A stretch of 64,000 nucleotides of DNA from Thermotogota bacterium (GTDB lineage: Bacteria; Thermotogota; Thermotogae; UBA12178). The stretch is from contig JAGGZV010000066.1 of the NCBI GenBank assembly GCA_021161835.1, forward strand, positions 12,108-76,107, written 5' to 3'. The translations under genes and the position numbers were made by a program. The notes below the pieces were generated by a model. It was not told the origin of the DNA, searched no databases, and saw only the letters and a program-made list of their open reading frames with translations. Positions 36,130 through 44,488 of the stretch are shown here, piece by piece. Numbering within the stretch: the stretch's first letter is position 1; each line of letters opens with the position of its first letter.

Positions 36130-37197
36130 CTAATAATTGGTTGAAGAGCGTTTCACAAGATTGTCCAATGTTCTTCGTATCATCGAGGCGCGGGTATCGC
36201 CTATACCATCAACGTTCTTGAGCATTTCGTGTGAAGCTTTAGAGAGATTGGTGATGTTTCCGAAGGTTTTCACAACGTTGAAGGCCACACTCATGGGGAT
36301 TCGTGTACTGCTTCGCAGTACTCTGAATCCTCGCGATTCCACTATTATCTCCGAAAGCTGTTGTGAGGAAGAAACATCGTAATTCAGGGTTCGAGCTATT
36401 GCGAGCATCCCCAGTATTTCCTTTTCCGAGAGTTCGAGAATCCTATCAAGTACTTCTGAAGGTTTGAAATCATCGGTGATGGTGTTGTAATAATCCATAA
36501 TCAGCAATTCCGTGGTTTCTTCCAGGCCTTCTGACATCTCATCCAGCATCAGTTGTGAAAGTCTACCTTCTACTCCCAATTCCACGAGGTATCGTCTAAC
36601 TTCTTCTTCTATTTTCATGGCCAGAATGGCTCTACTGAATATCTCACACACATCCTTCAGCGTTACCCTGTTTTCTACTTCCAGAATGTCCAGCTGAAAC
36701 AGAAGTTTGTCGAAATTCTGTCTGTATTTTTCGTAGGTGTTAAGAGCTTGATTGACACGTGTCATCAGTGAGGCAACGTCACCCAGAGTATGCTTTTCTT
36801 CTCCATAATAAACGGTTATGGTTTTACGACGCCGGGAAATGGCAACAACCAGCTTTTTCAATTGCTTGGCCAGCCGTTCAGCTGTCCTGTGTCTGGTACC
36901 TGTTTCCAACGTGGGAATGGTTGGATCGGGTACCAGGTGCACATTCGCTGCAAGTATCTTGCTGCCATCGTCACTTAGGATGATGGCGCCATCCATTTTC
37001 GCCAGTTCGTAAAGTCTTTGAGGGGTAAAATCCGAATGGAGTCTGAATCCACCCTGGAAAACATAGCTGTAGCTCTCGTAGTCATCCACAAAAACGAGTA
37101 ATGCACCGCCTGAGGCATTCATTATGTTGTCTATACCCTTCCTCAATTCTGTTCCAGGTGCTATCAATTTTAACTTTGATAGAAATTCGTTTGTCAT
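36130..37197 (-). CDS. disA: DNA integrity scanning protein DisA (diadenylate cyclase + HhH DNA-binding domain)
   Basis: The DAC domain shows GALLVF, DGAIILS and GTRHRTAER. A linker and a C-terminal helix-hairpin-helix (VDGIGDTRASMI) follow. The 355-aa size matches DisA. Confidence 0.93.
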   Translation of the reverse strand: MTNEFLSKLKLIAPGTELRKGIDNIMNASGGALLVFVDDYESYSYVFQGGFRLHSDFTPQRLYELAKMDGAIILSDDGSKILAANVHLVPDPTIPTLETGTRHRTAERLAKQLKKLVVAISRRRKTITVYYGEEKHTLGDVASLMTRVNQALNTYEKYRQNFDKLLFQLDILEVENRVTLKDVCEIFSRAILAMKIEEEVRRYLVELGVEGRLSQLMLDEMSEGLEETTELLIMDYYNTITDDFKPSEVLDRILELSEKEILGMLAIARTLNYDVSSSQQLSEIIVESRGFRVLRSSTRIPMSVAFNVVKTFGNITNLSKASHEMLKNVDGIGDTRASMIRRTLDNLVKRSSTNY

Positions 37198-37201
37198 ATT
37201 T

Positions 37202-37669
37202 CTATTGCACCCCTTCGATGCTTTTGACGATGATAAAGGGGGTTTCTTCCAGGCATCCTTTTTTGAAAATACTCACTATGTCTGCAAGAAACACTTTTGT
37301 TCCTCCCAGCTCAATAACGGTAACATCCCTTATACCTGTCAATCCCATGATGAATACGGTGAAGTTCCCATGGCGTGATTCCAAATGTCTGTAATCATTC
37401 GAGAGAACCTTTACCGTTTTCTCCTTTATGCGTGCACCCTGTTCTTCCCACGCAAGTTTTAACCTGTCCAGAAAGGGTCTGTTCATCGCTTTCACGAGTT
37501 CCTCTTCTTTTTCAAGAGGTAGATTCAGGACCTTCCGGTAAGCTTCGAAGACTTCCCGAAAGGTTCGAGCATAAAACATCCAGTGCTGCCACCAGTCGTT
37601 TTTATCATGTTCGAGAATTTTGAAGAATAGATTGGTTTTATCCTGCACTATACTCCTCATATCACTCAA
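37202..37669 (-). CDS. Hypothetical 155-aa protein between the MBL hydrolase gene and disA
   Basis: It is an ORF with tight coupling: it overlaps the MBL gene stop and ends 4 nt before disA. I recognise no motif. The start is either TTG 37669 or ATG 37660. Confidence 0.5.
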   Translation of the reverse strand: MSDMRSIVQDKTNLFFKILEHDKNDWWQHWMFYARTFREVFEAYRKVLNLPLEKEEELVKAMNRPFLDRLKLAWEEQGARIKEKTVKVLSNDYRHLESRHGNFTVFIMGLTGIRDVTVIELGGTKVFLADIVSIFKKGCLEETPFIIVKSIEGVQ

Positions 37670-38304
37670 AGTCTCACGATATCCTTGAAGATCAGCACAT
37701 CAATGGGTTTTGAGAGAAATTCTCCGAGATCAATCGTTCCACTCACGTATTCGATACGCTCGAAATGTTTTGCAAATTCATCGACGGATGCTATCTCGAA
37801 TTTCAGGTACGTTGTTCTATAATGCATGGGAATCACCAGTTTCGGTTTCAGGATTTCCACTATTTCAACGGCTTGTTCGGCGTCCACTGTAAACGTACCA
37901 CCTACGGGTATCATGAGAACATCCACAGGTTTCATAAGATCCGTGATATTCTGGCCGGGCACATGACCAATATCTCCCATATGTAGAAGAGTGTATTCAC
38001 CATCTGATATTTTGTAAACGATGTTTTTGCCTCGATATCTTCCTCTCTCGCTATCGTGGAAGGTTTCTATACCTGTGATTTTCAAATGTTCGTATTCGAA
38101 TTCTCCAATAGAATCAATTATTTTGGGATTTCCCTTCACGAATTTGTGGGCATTGTGATCGAAATGCTGATGACTTTCCGTCACCACATCTGCTTTCACA
38201 TCGTATGGAGGATAACCTATACTGGGATCGTAAGGATCTGTAACCAGTTTGACACCCTTGGTTTCTATCAGGAAACACGCGTGTCCTAACCAGGATATTC
38301 GCAT
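37666..38304 (-). CDS. Metal-dependent hydrolase, metallo-beta-lactamase fold (UPF0173-like)
   Basis: It starts MRISWLGHACFLIE and carries the degenerate HxHxDH motif ESHQHFDHN. The ~212-aa size is typical. An RBS AAAGGGGAGAAAAACA precedes the ATG. Confidence 0.85.
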   Translation of the reverse strand: MRISWLGHACFLIETKGVKLVTDPYDPSIGYPPYDVKADVVTESHQHFDHNAHKFVKGNPKIIDSIGEFEYEHLKITGIETFHDSERGRYRGKNIVYKISDGEYTLLHMGDIGHVPGQNITDLMKPVDVLMIPVGGTFTVDAEQAVEIVEILKPKLVIPMHYRTTYLKFEIASVDEFAKHFERIEYVSGTIDLGEFLSKPIDVLIFKDIVRL

Positions 38305-38320
38305 TGTTTTTCTCCCCTTT

Positions 38321-38351
38321 CAAAAAAAGTATAGCATGTTAAAGCTATACT
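38321..38351 (-). terminator. Rho-independent terminator after the mannose-1-phosphate guanylyltransferase gene
   Basis: On the minus strand the 8-bp stem AGTATAGC / GCTATACT (38328-38335 and 38344-38351) has an 8-nt loop and is followed by TTTTTTTG. Confidence 0.65.
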
Positions 38352-39363
38352 AGTCTAATGAACGTTCTCGCAGTTTCCTGACAACTTCCCGCACCTTCTG
38401 TAATTTCCCTTCATGAGCTATCAACAACCCTTTTTCAGTGTCTATAACTATAACGTCACTCAATCCCACCACTGCTACAGGCTTCCCCCTGCTTCTGACG
38501 TATACCCTTTCTCCATCCACTATGACCACGTTACCTCTATCTGCGGTATAACCTTCTATTTCTCTTATGGATGCCCAGTTACCAACATCGGACCAATCGA
38601 AACTGGCTTTAACCATACGTACTCTTCTGGATCTTTCCATAACCGCGTAATCAACACTTATTGGTGTTACATTTTTGTATATTGCTTTCAGGACTTCTTG
38701 ATTTCTAAGATTCCGTCCTTCGAACTGGTGGTATAACTCTGGAGCGTACAACCTGACTTCTTCCAGGAAATCTTTTGCCTTCCACACGAACATCCCGCTG
38801 TTCCAGAAGAAATTCCCCATTTCCAGAAATTCCATGGCTGTTTCCAGATTGGGTTTTTCTCTGAATTGTTTGATCTTGAAAATTCCTTCTTCCAGTTCCT
38901 CGTCGGCTTCTATATAGCCATATCCCGTTTCAGGACGTGATGGAACAATACCGAAAGTGAATAGTCCCCCATACTTTTTAACACCTTCCACCGCCTTTTC
39001 AACATCGTTCCAGAACTTTTCAACTTCCATGATCCTGTGATCAGCGGGAACCACCAGCACGATTTCGTCGGGTTCCAGCACCAATGTCCCGAATACGCAT
39101 GCGGCCGCTGTGTTTCTTTTATATGGTTCTCCCAGCACGTTACCTGGTGGTATTTCAGGAGTTTCCTGCCTCGTCTTGTCTGTATAATCACTCAGGGTTA
39201 CTATGTATATATCGTCAGGATGAAGACGGTGCAACAATCGTTCAAGCGTTAGTCGCAGGAGAGATTTGTTGTTGAAAAGCTTCAAAAACTGTTTCGGTGT
39301 ATCAAAAGTTGAAAGTGGCCAGAACCTTTCTCCCGATCCTCCAGCCAGTACAAGTGCCTTCAC
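38350..39363 (-). CDS. manC: Mannose-1-phosphate guanylyltransferase (nucleotidyltransferase domain type)
   Basis: GTG 39363 follows AAGGGGGTGGAAGAA and gives VKALVLAGGSGERFWPLS. FNNKSLL and VVPADH are also present. The track start 39465 adds 34 non-conserved codons. Confidence 0.85.
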   Translation of the reverse strand: MKALVLAGGSGERFWPLSTFDTPKQFLKLFNNKSLLRLTLERLLHRLHPDDIYIVTLSDYTDKTRQETPEIPPGNVLGEPYKRNTAAACVFGTLVLEPDEIVLVVPADHRIMEVEKFWNDVEKAVEGVKKYGGLFTFGIVPSRPETGYGYIEADEELEEGIFKIKQFREKPNLETAMEFLEMGNFFWNSGMFVWKAKDFLEEVRLYAPELYHQFEGRNLRNQEVLKAIYKNVTPISVDYAVMERSRRVRMVKASFDWSDVGNWASIREIEGYTADRGNVVIVDGERVYVRSRGKPVAVVGLSDVIVIDTEKGLLIAHEGKLQKVREVVRKLRERSLD

Positions 39364-39455
39364 TTCTTCCACCCCCTTTGAAAGCTTAACATGAAACTGG
39401 TCGATTTGAGAGATTCGGCGATGCATACTTCCAGAAACCTTTAAAAACGTGAATG

Positions 39456-39471
39456 TTATAATCATTATAAT
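39456..39471. promoter_or_regulatory. Palindrome TTATAAT-C-ATTATAA giving a TATAAT -10 box on each strand (divergent manC / HTH promoters). The plus-strand copy is an extended -10 TGtTATAAT.
   Basis: Read directly. Plus-strand TG is at 39454-39455 and TATAAT at 39457-39462, with a second TATAAT at 39466-39471. The minus strand reads TATAAT from 39469 to 39464. Confidence 0.35.
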
Positions 39472-40105
39472 GATGAATCCAGAGGAATTTGGGAACTATT
39501 TGAAACGCAGGCGTGAGGAACTCGGTTTGAATATCCGGGATGTGGCCTGGCAGCTTTTTGTTACACCCGAAACGTTGATCAGGATCGAGGAGGGAGATTT
39601 CAAAGGTGTCAGGCTGTATATTCGTGAGCTTTTATTGAGGTACTGCAGGTTGTTGAAACTGGACGAGAAATGGTGCCTTGAAATTTTCGAAGAAATGGAG
39701 AAGGCGTATACCGTACCTGAACAGCAGGAGGAGGAAGAAATAGTTGAAAAGGAAAGGAACGTTTTTGATCTTCTTGTTCTTGGAATACTTTATGGTTTGG
39801 TTGTACTCCTTTTAATAGCAGGATTCTATCTTTTTGCCAATTTGAAACACTTTGAAGAATATAATTCGCTGAAAGTACAGAATCTGGGAGATAAGGAAGT
39901 GCGATTGAAGATAGATGGTCTCGGAGCATCGTATTTTGTGGTGAAACCCGATGAAACTTTGAAGTTGAAGGTGAGGAACGGCATGACACTCAATGTGGAC
40001 AATCCTGCAGGAATGGTCAGGATAATCCTGGGTGATAAAGCGTGGGAAATACGGATGAAGAGATTCGTTCTGGAGGTGGAGTATGGGGGAAGTAAAGGCG
40101 GCTGA
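39470..40105 (+). CDS. RodZ-like membrane protein: XRE-type HTH, one TM helix, C-terminal extracytoplasmic domain
   Basis: The HTH reads FGNYLKRRREELGLNIRDVAWQLFVTPETLIRIEEGDF and the TM helix is LLVLGILYGLVVLLLIAGFYLFA. The start could be ATG 39470 or 39473, or GTG 39449. None has a Shine-Dalgarno. Confidence 0.6.
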   Translation: MMNPEEFGNYLKRRREELGLNIRDVAWQLFVTPETLIRIEEGDFKGVRLYIRELLLRYCRLLKLDEKWCLEIFEEMEKAYTVPEQQEEEEIVEKERNVFDLLVLGILYGLVVLLLIAGFYLFANLKHFEEYNSLKVQNLGDKEVRLKIDGLGASYFVVKPDETLKLKVRNGMTLNVDNPAGMVRIILGDKAWEIRMKRFVLEVEYGGSKGG

Positions 40106-40628
40106 TTACGTCAATCTTGTGGCCCTGATATTCGCCGCCAATCTGGATTATTGGTTCGATATAGTGAAAAAACGTCTGGAAGAGGAATTCGGACCGATGG
40201 ATTACGTATCCGATGAACTGGAATTCGAAAAATACACGCTTTACTACTCCCGGGAAATGGGTACGGGCATAAAGGCCCGTCTGGTAAGTTTCGAGCAGTT
40301 GATACATCCTTATTCGTTACCAGATATAAAGTTGAAGACAAACGCAGTGGAGAATGAATACAGAGTCGAAGGTAACAGACGGGTGAACATAGATCCTGGA
40401 TACGTGCATCATGCTCAATTCGTGTTGGCCACGACCAAATACTGGGCCAACAGAGTATATCTGAGGAACGGAATATACGCCGATGTAACGATGACTTACG
40501 TGAAGGGAAAGTTCCAGCCCGGCCCGTTTGCTTATCCAAATTACAGAGATCCGTCCTATATCGAACATCTTGAGCACATCAGGGAGCTGTACCTGAGAAA
40601 AAGGCGACGATTCCTGGGTGGGAGGTAA
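40083..40628 (+). CDS. DUF4416-family protein
   Basis: A GGAGGTGGAGT RBS precedes the ATG. The pattern ...LEFEKYTLYYSREMG...RRVNIDPGYV...FVLATTK...RVYL..GIYADVTMTY resembles DUF4416. Assignment is by memory of the family pattern only. Confidence 0.6.
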   Translation: MGEVKAADYVNLVALIFAANLDYWFDIVKKRLEEEFGPMDYVSDELEFEKYTLYYSREMGTGIKARLVSFEQLIHPYSLPDIKLKTNAVENEYRVEGNRRVNIDPGYVHHAQFVLATTKYWANRVYLRNGIYADVTMTYVKGKFQPGPFAYPNYRDPSYIEHLEHIRELYLRKRRRFLGGR

Positions 40629-40635
40629 GCGTGAG

Positions 40636-41931
40636 TTGAAACTGTACTTTCATGTGCTGGGGTGTCCAAAAAACGAAGCAGATGTTGCTATTGCCAAAGG
40701 TTTAGCTGTTTCCAGGGGTCATACGGTGGTGGAAAACCTGCAGGATCTGGGTGATGATGGAATTGTGGTTGTGTACACATGCGGGTTCGTGGAAGCTGCC
40801 AAACGGGAATCTATAGAGGAGATTCTGACGCTGGCCCAGGAATACAGGGTTGTAGGAGTCGGTTGTCTGGTACACAGATATTTTGACGAGTTGAAGAGGG
40901 AGCTGCGAGAAGTGGATGGTCTGATTGGAATGGTAACCCCTGGACATTTGGTGGAATTGCTGGAAAGAGGAATCATGTTCTATAAACCTCTTGACCCTGA
41001 GACCATATATGTGGATACCGCGAGATGTCCTGTGACACGAGTTTACGAATATGTGAAGATCGCCGATGGTTGCAGTAGAAAATGCTCCTTCTGTGCTATT
41101 CCCTCTTTTAAGGGAGCGTTCAGGAGCCGTCCGATGGAAGTGATAGTGGAGGAAGTTAGAAAGCTTCTGGATTTTGAGGTCAAAGAGATTATACTCGTTT
41201 CCCAGGATAGTACTGCGTTTGGAGTGGATCTCTATGGAGAACCCAGACTCCCCGAGTTGCTGGGCCGGTTATCCAGATTATCGGGTGATTTCTGGATAAG
41301 GGTCATGTACCTTCACCCAGATCACATAAACGATGAGATTATCGACGCCATTGCTTTGAGTGATAAGGTTGTACCCTATTTCGATCTACCGGTGCAGCAT
41401 GGAAGTGACAAAGTTCTGAAACTTATGGGAAGAAAAAAGGGAAGGCGCGAGCTGGAAAAATTGGTGGAATCGATCCGCTTAAAGAATCGTGAGGCGGTGA
41501 TCAGATCCACCGTTATGGTTGGACATCCAGGGGAAGGAGAGAAAGAGTTTCTGGAACTTCTTGAATTCCTGGATAACTGCAAATTTGACAGGTTAGGAGT
41601 TTTTCGATATTCAGAGGAAGAGGGAACCGTTTCCGCAACCCTGAATGAAAAGGTCGATGAAAATGTGGCTTCGGATCGTCTGGAAGAGGTGATGAAGAGG
41701 CAGGCGCTTATTTCCAGTGTGAGGAACAAAGCTCTTCTTGGAAGGCAATTCCGCGTTCTCGTGGAATCCAGATATAACGGTGTCTACATAGGCAGAACTT
41801 ACAGGGATGCACCGGAAGTGGATGGTGTGGTGATGGTGAAAGCGAACGGTAAAATGGAGATAGGAAGGTTCATAAATGCCAGGATTGTTCAATGTGACGA
41901 TCACGATTTGGAGGCGGTGGTTGTGGAATGA
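40636..41931 (+). CDS. rimO: Ribosomal protein S12 methylthiotransferase RimO (radical SAM, MTTase N-domain + TRAM)
   Basis: TTG 40636 lies 10 nt after GGGAGGT and gives MKLYFHVLGCPKNEAD. The radical SAM motif is CSRKCSFCAIP, and a C-terminal TRAM-like domain is present. An alternative start is GTG 40618. Confidence 0.85.
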   Translation: MKLYFHVLGCPKNEADVAIAKGLAVSRGHTVVENLQDLGDDGIVVVYTCGFVEAAKRESIEEILTLAQEYRVVGVGCLVHRYFDELKRELREVDGLIGMVTPGHLVELLERGIMFYKPLDPETIYVDTARCPVTRVYEYVKIADGCSRKCSFCAIPSFKGAFRSRPMEVIVEEVRKLLDFEVKEIILVSQDSTAFGVDLYGEPRLPELLGRLSRLSGDFWIRVMYLHPDHINDEIIDAIALSDKVVPYFDLPVQHGSDKVLKLMGRKKGRRELEKLVESIRLKNREAVIRSTVMVGHPGEGEKEFLELLEFLDNCKFDRLGVFRYSEEEGTVSATLNEKVDENVASDRLEEVMKRQALISSVRNKALLGRQFRVLVESRYNGVYIGRTYRDAPEVDGVVMVKANGKMEIGRFINARIVQCDDHDLEAVVVE

Positions 41932-42446
41932 CGCTCGCTTCATGGATTACATTATCCAGAATAATATTGGTTATTCCAACAGTGTGGTTACTGGGTGCCG
42001 GACATTATGGATGGGTTCTTTGTTTGATACTGATATCGGCTCTGACAGATTACCTGGATGGATTGGCGGCTAGAAAACTGAATCAAATAAGTGATGTGGG
42101 GAAAGTGCTGGATCAGGTGGCGGATAAGATTTTCGTGAACTCCGTGTTCATAGTAATGGCTGTCATCGGTTCAATACCATCCTGGTTCGCTGTGGTAACA
42201 GTTGGAAGAGATTTTCTCGTCAACGGTTTTCGTACATTGTGCGCTTCAAAGGGTGTTGTAGTACCGGCCGATATCTGGGGTAAACTCAAAACAGTTTTTC
42301 AATTTGTTTTGATGATATCCCTGCTTCTCATGCCCGCTTATAACTGGTTCGTGAAGACAGTGTTGTGGCTTACTCTGGTTCTGATACTGTTTTCCGGGGT
42401 TTCATATGTGAGAAAGATGGTTCGAATAATGGAGGGGATAAGATGA
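41928..42446 (+). CDS. pgsA: CDP-diacylglycerol--glycerol-3-phosphate 3-phosphatidyltransferase
   Basis: The CDP-alcohol phosphatidyltransferase motif DYLDGLAARKLNQISDVGKVLDQVADK is present. The protein is multi-TM and 172 aa long. Confidence 0.88.
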   Translation: MTLASWITLSRIILVIPTVWLLGAGHYGWVLCLILISALTDYLDGLAARKLNQISDVGKVLDQVADKIFVNSVFIVMAVIGSIPSWFAVVTVGRDFLVNGFRTLCASKGVVVPADIWGKLKTVFQFVLMISLLLMPAYNWFVKTVLWLTLVLILFSGVSYVRKMVRIMEGIR

Positions 42447-43012
42447 GAACATTCATCGGCATCGATGTCAATCGAAGGGTGATGGAATTGGTTGAAGAAC
42501 TCACCAATTCCCTGGTGAGAATGGGTTTCAAGGGAAACTGGGTGAAACCCGAAAATGTACATATGACGATGGTGTTTCTGGGTGAGCTCGCGGAAAAAAA
42601 GGTCGAGGAAATAGCTCAACACTTATCGAAAAGATTGCGAGGTTTTCCGTCTTTTTCCTTCATGGTGAAAGGCATGGGGTACTTCAAGGGTAAGAACGGT
42701 ATGCCCAGGGTTCTCTGGCTGGGGGTGGAGGCGCCTGAGGCTCTCTACAAATTGTACGATGAGATAGTTGCGGAGCTTAAGCAACACAGTGTTACTTTCG
42801 ACGAGAACAAGTTCAAACCACATATAACCCTGTGCAGATTGAAGTGGGTACCACAGTACTGGGAGAAACTGCTGAACGACGTCAATTTCGAAGACGAGAT
42901 AGTCGTGGTGGATGATGTGAAGATATATTCCTCCATCCTCACGCCCCGGGGTCCCATATATAATGTAGAATACGTATGCGATTTTGAAGGAGGTTTGATC
43001 ACCAATGGCTGA
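42443..43012 (+). CDS. thpR: RNA 2',3'-cyclic phosphodiesterase (2H family, LigT/ThpR)
   Basis: ATG 42443 overlaps the pgsA stop as ATGA and gives MRTFIGIDV. Two HxT motifs are present, HMTMVFLG and HITLCRL. Confidence 0.85.
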   Translation: MRTFIGIDVNRRVMELVEELTNSLVRMGFKGNWVKPENVHMTMVFLGELAEKKVEEIAQHLSKRLRGFPSFSFMVKGMGYFKGKNGMPRVLWLGVEAPEALYKLYDEIVAELKQHSVTFDENKFKPHITLCRLKWVPQYWEKLLNDVNFEDEIVVVDDVKIYSSILTPRGPIYNVEYVCDFEGGLITNG

Positions 43013-44048
43013 GGAGAAGGATCTTAACAAAGAAAAATATCAAGCTCTGGATCGCGCTATCAAGCAAATCGAAAGAAAATTCGGAAAAGGTTCAATAATG
43101 TTCCTTGAAGAAAAAGGCCCCATCACATCCGTAGAGGTCATACCCACCGGTAGTATAGCTCTGGATATAGCACTGGGGGTTGGAGGATATCCGAAAGGAA
43201 GAATAGTTGAAATATTCGGTAATGAAGGAAGCGGAAAGACGACGTTGTGTTTACATGCAATAGCCGAAGCACAGAAACAGGGTGGAATAGCCGCTTTTGT
43301 CGATGCCGAACATTCCTTCGATCCGGTGTACGCCAGGGCTATAGGAGTGGATCTGCACAAGTTGCTCCTCTCTCAACCAGACTTTGGAGAACAGGCGTTG
43401 GAGGTAGTGGATGAGCTGGTTCGCAGTAACGCTGTGGATATGGTGGTGATAGATTCCGTTGCCGCGCTGGTGCCGAGACTGGAAATAGAAGGTGCCATGG
43501 GAGACATGCAGGTAGGGCTCCAGGCACGGTTGATGTCCCAGGCTCTCAGGAAGCTGGCCAGCAGTGTTAACAAGTCGAAAACGGTGGTAATATTCACCAA
43601 TCAAATCAGGATGAAGATCGGTGCATCTTACGGGAGTCCGGAAACCACCACAGGCGGAATGGCTCTCAAATTCTACGCATCGATACGTCTGGATGTTCGC
43701 AGGGGTACTTCTATAATGACCGGTAAAGATACGGTAGGGCATGAGACACATATAAAGGTTGTGAAAAACAAGGTAGCTCCACCTTTCAAAAAGGTTACTG
43801 TTGACATCATATTCGGTAAAGGTATAGTGAGAGAGAACGAAATTTTCAATCTGGGTGTGGATATGGGATTGATAAATCGCAGAGGTTCATGGTTTGCATA
43901 TACGACACAGGATGGCAAAGAGGTGAGCCTTGGACAGGGCAAGTTGAATGCTGTGGGATTTCTTATGGAACATCCAGACATTGCCGAAGAGCTGGAAAAG
44001 CGTATAAGACAGGCTCACTTACCTTCCGGTGTCGAAGATGGTGAATGA
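43005..44048 (+). CDS. recA: Recombinase RecA
   Basis: Motifs seen are FGKGSIM, Walker [32 protein letters not shown] and [11 protein letters not shown]. Confidence 0.97.
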   Translation: MAEEKDLNKEKYQALDRAIKQIERKFGKGSIMFLEEKGPITSVEVIPTGSIALDIALGVGGYPKGRIVEIFGNEGSGKTTLCLHAIAEAQKQGGIAAFVDAEHSFDPVYARAIGVDLHKLLLSQPDFGEQALEVVDELVRSNAVDMVVIDSVAALVPRLEIEGAMGDMQVGLQARLMSQALRKLASSVNKSKTVVIFTNQIRMKIGASYGSPETTTGGMALKFYASIRLDVRRGTSIMTGKDTVGHETHIKVVKNKVAPPFKKVTVDIIFGKGIVRENEIFNLGVDMGLINRRGSWFAYTTQDGKEVSLGQGKLNAVGFLMEHPDIAEELEKRIRQAHLPSGVEDGE

Positions 44049-44484
44049 GGAAAAAATAGAGGAGGCTTTAAGAAGCCTCTCCCGATTTCTGCGACATCGT
44101 ATGCGCAGTAAAGAAGAGATTCGTCGTCATCTCGTGAAAAAGGGTTATTCTGGCGACGTTGTGGAAGAAACCATACAGATTCTCGAGCGTTCAGGTGTTT
44201 TAAACGATGAGCTTTTCGTGGAAATGTACATGCATGATGCGCTGATTCTGAAATTCAAAGGTCCACGATTGATAGAATCAGAGCTGTTGAGGTTGGGAGT
44301 CGATCACGATATCATACGCAGAAAAATGAATGAGGTTCTTGAAAAGATCGATTTGAATACGATCGTGAAGGAACAGTTGAGGTTCAAGAAGTTCGGAAGT
44401 AAAGAAGAATTGCGTAAATACCTGTTTCGAAGAGGCTTTGATCTACATCTGTTGAATCTGGACGATCTCCAGGGAGGTGAATGA
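44029..44484 (+). CDS. recX: RecA regulator RecX
   Basis: It is a 151-aa helical-repeat protein directly after recA. Segments such as [24 protein letters not shown] fit the RecX pattern. The start is GTG 44029 or ATG 44038. Confidence 0.8.
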   Translation: MSKMVNEEKIEEALRSLSRFLRHRMRSKEEIRRHLVKKGYSGDVVEETIQILERSGVLNDELFVEMYMHDALILKFKGPRLIESELLRLGVDHDIIRRKMNEVLEKIDLNTIVKEQLRFKKFGSKEELRKYLFRRGFDLHLLNLDDLQGGE

Positions 44485-44488
44485 AGGC

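Noticed and set aside
40636-41931. Radical-SAM enzyme considered as a possible maturase for the Cys-rich peptide (SCIFF/ranthipeptide-like idea)
   Set aside because: It is a canonical RimO (MTTase N-domain, CxxxCxxC, TRAM) in the conserved rimO-pgsA-thpR-recA context, 10 kb away. No radical-SAM gene is in or next to the islet.
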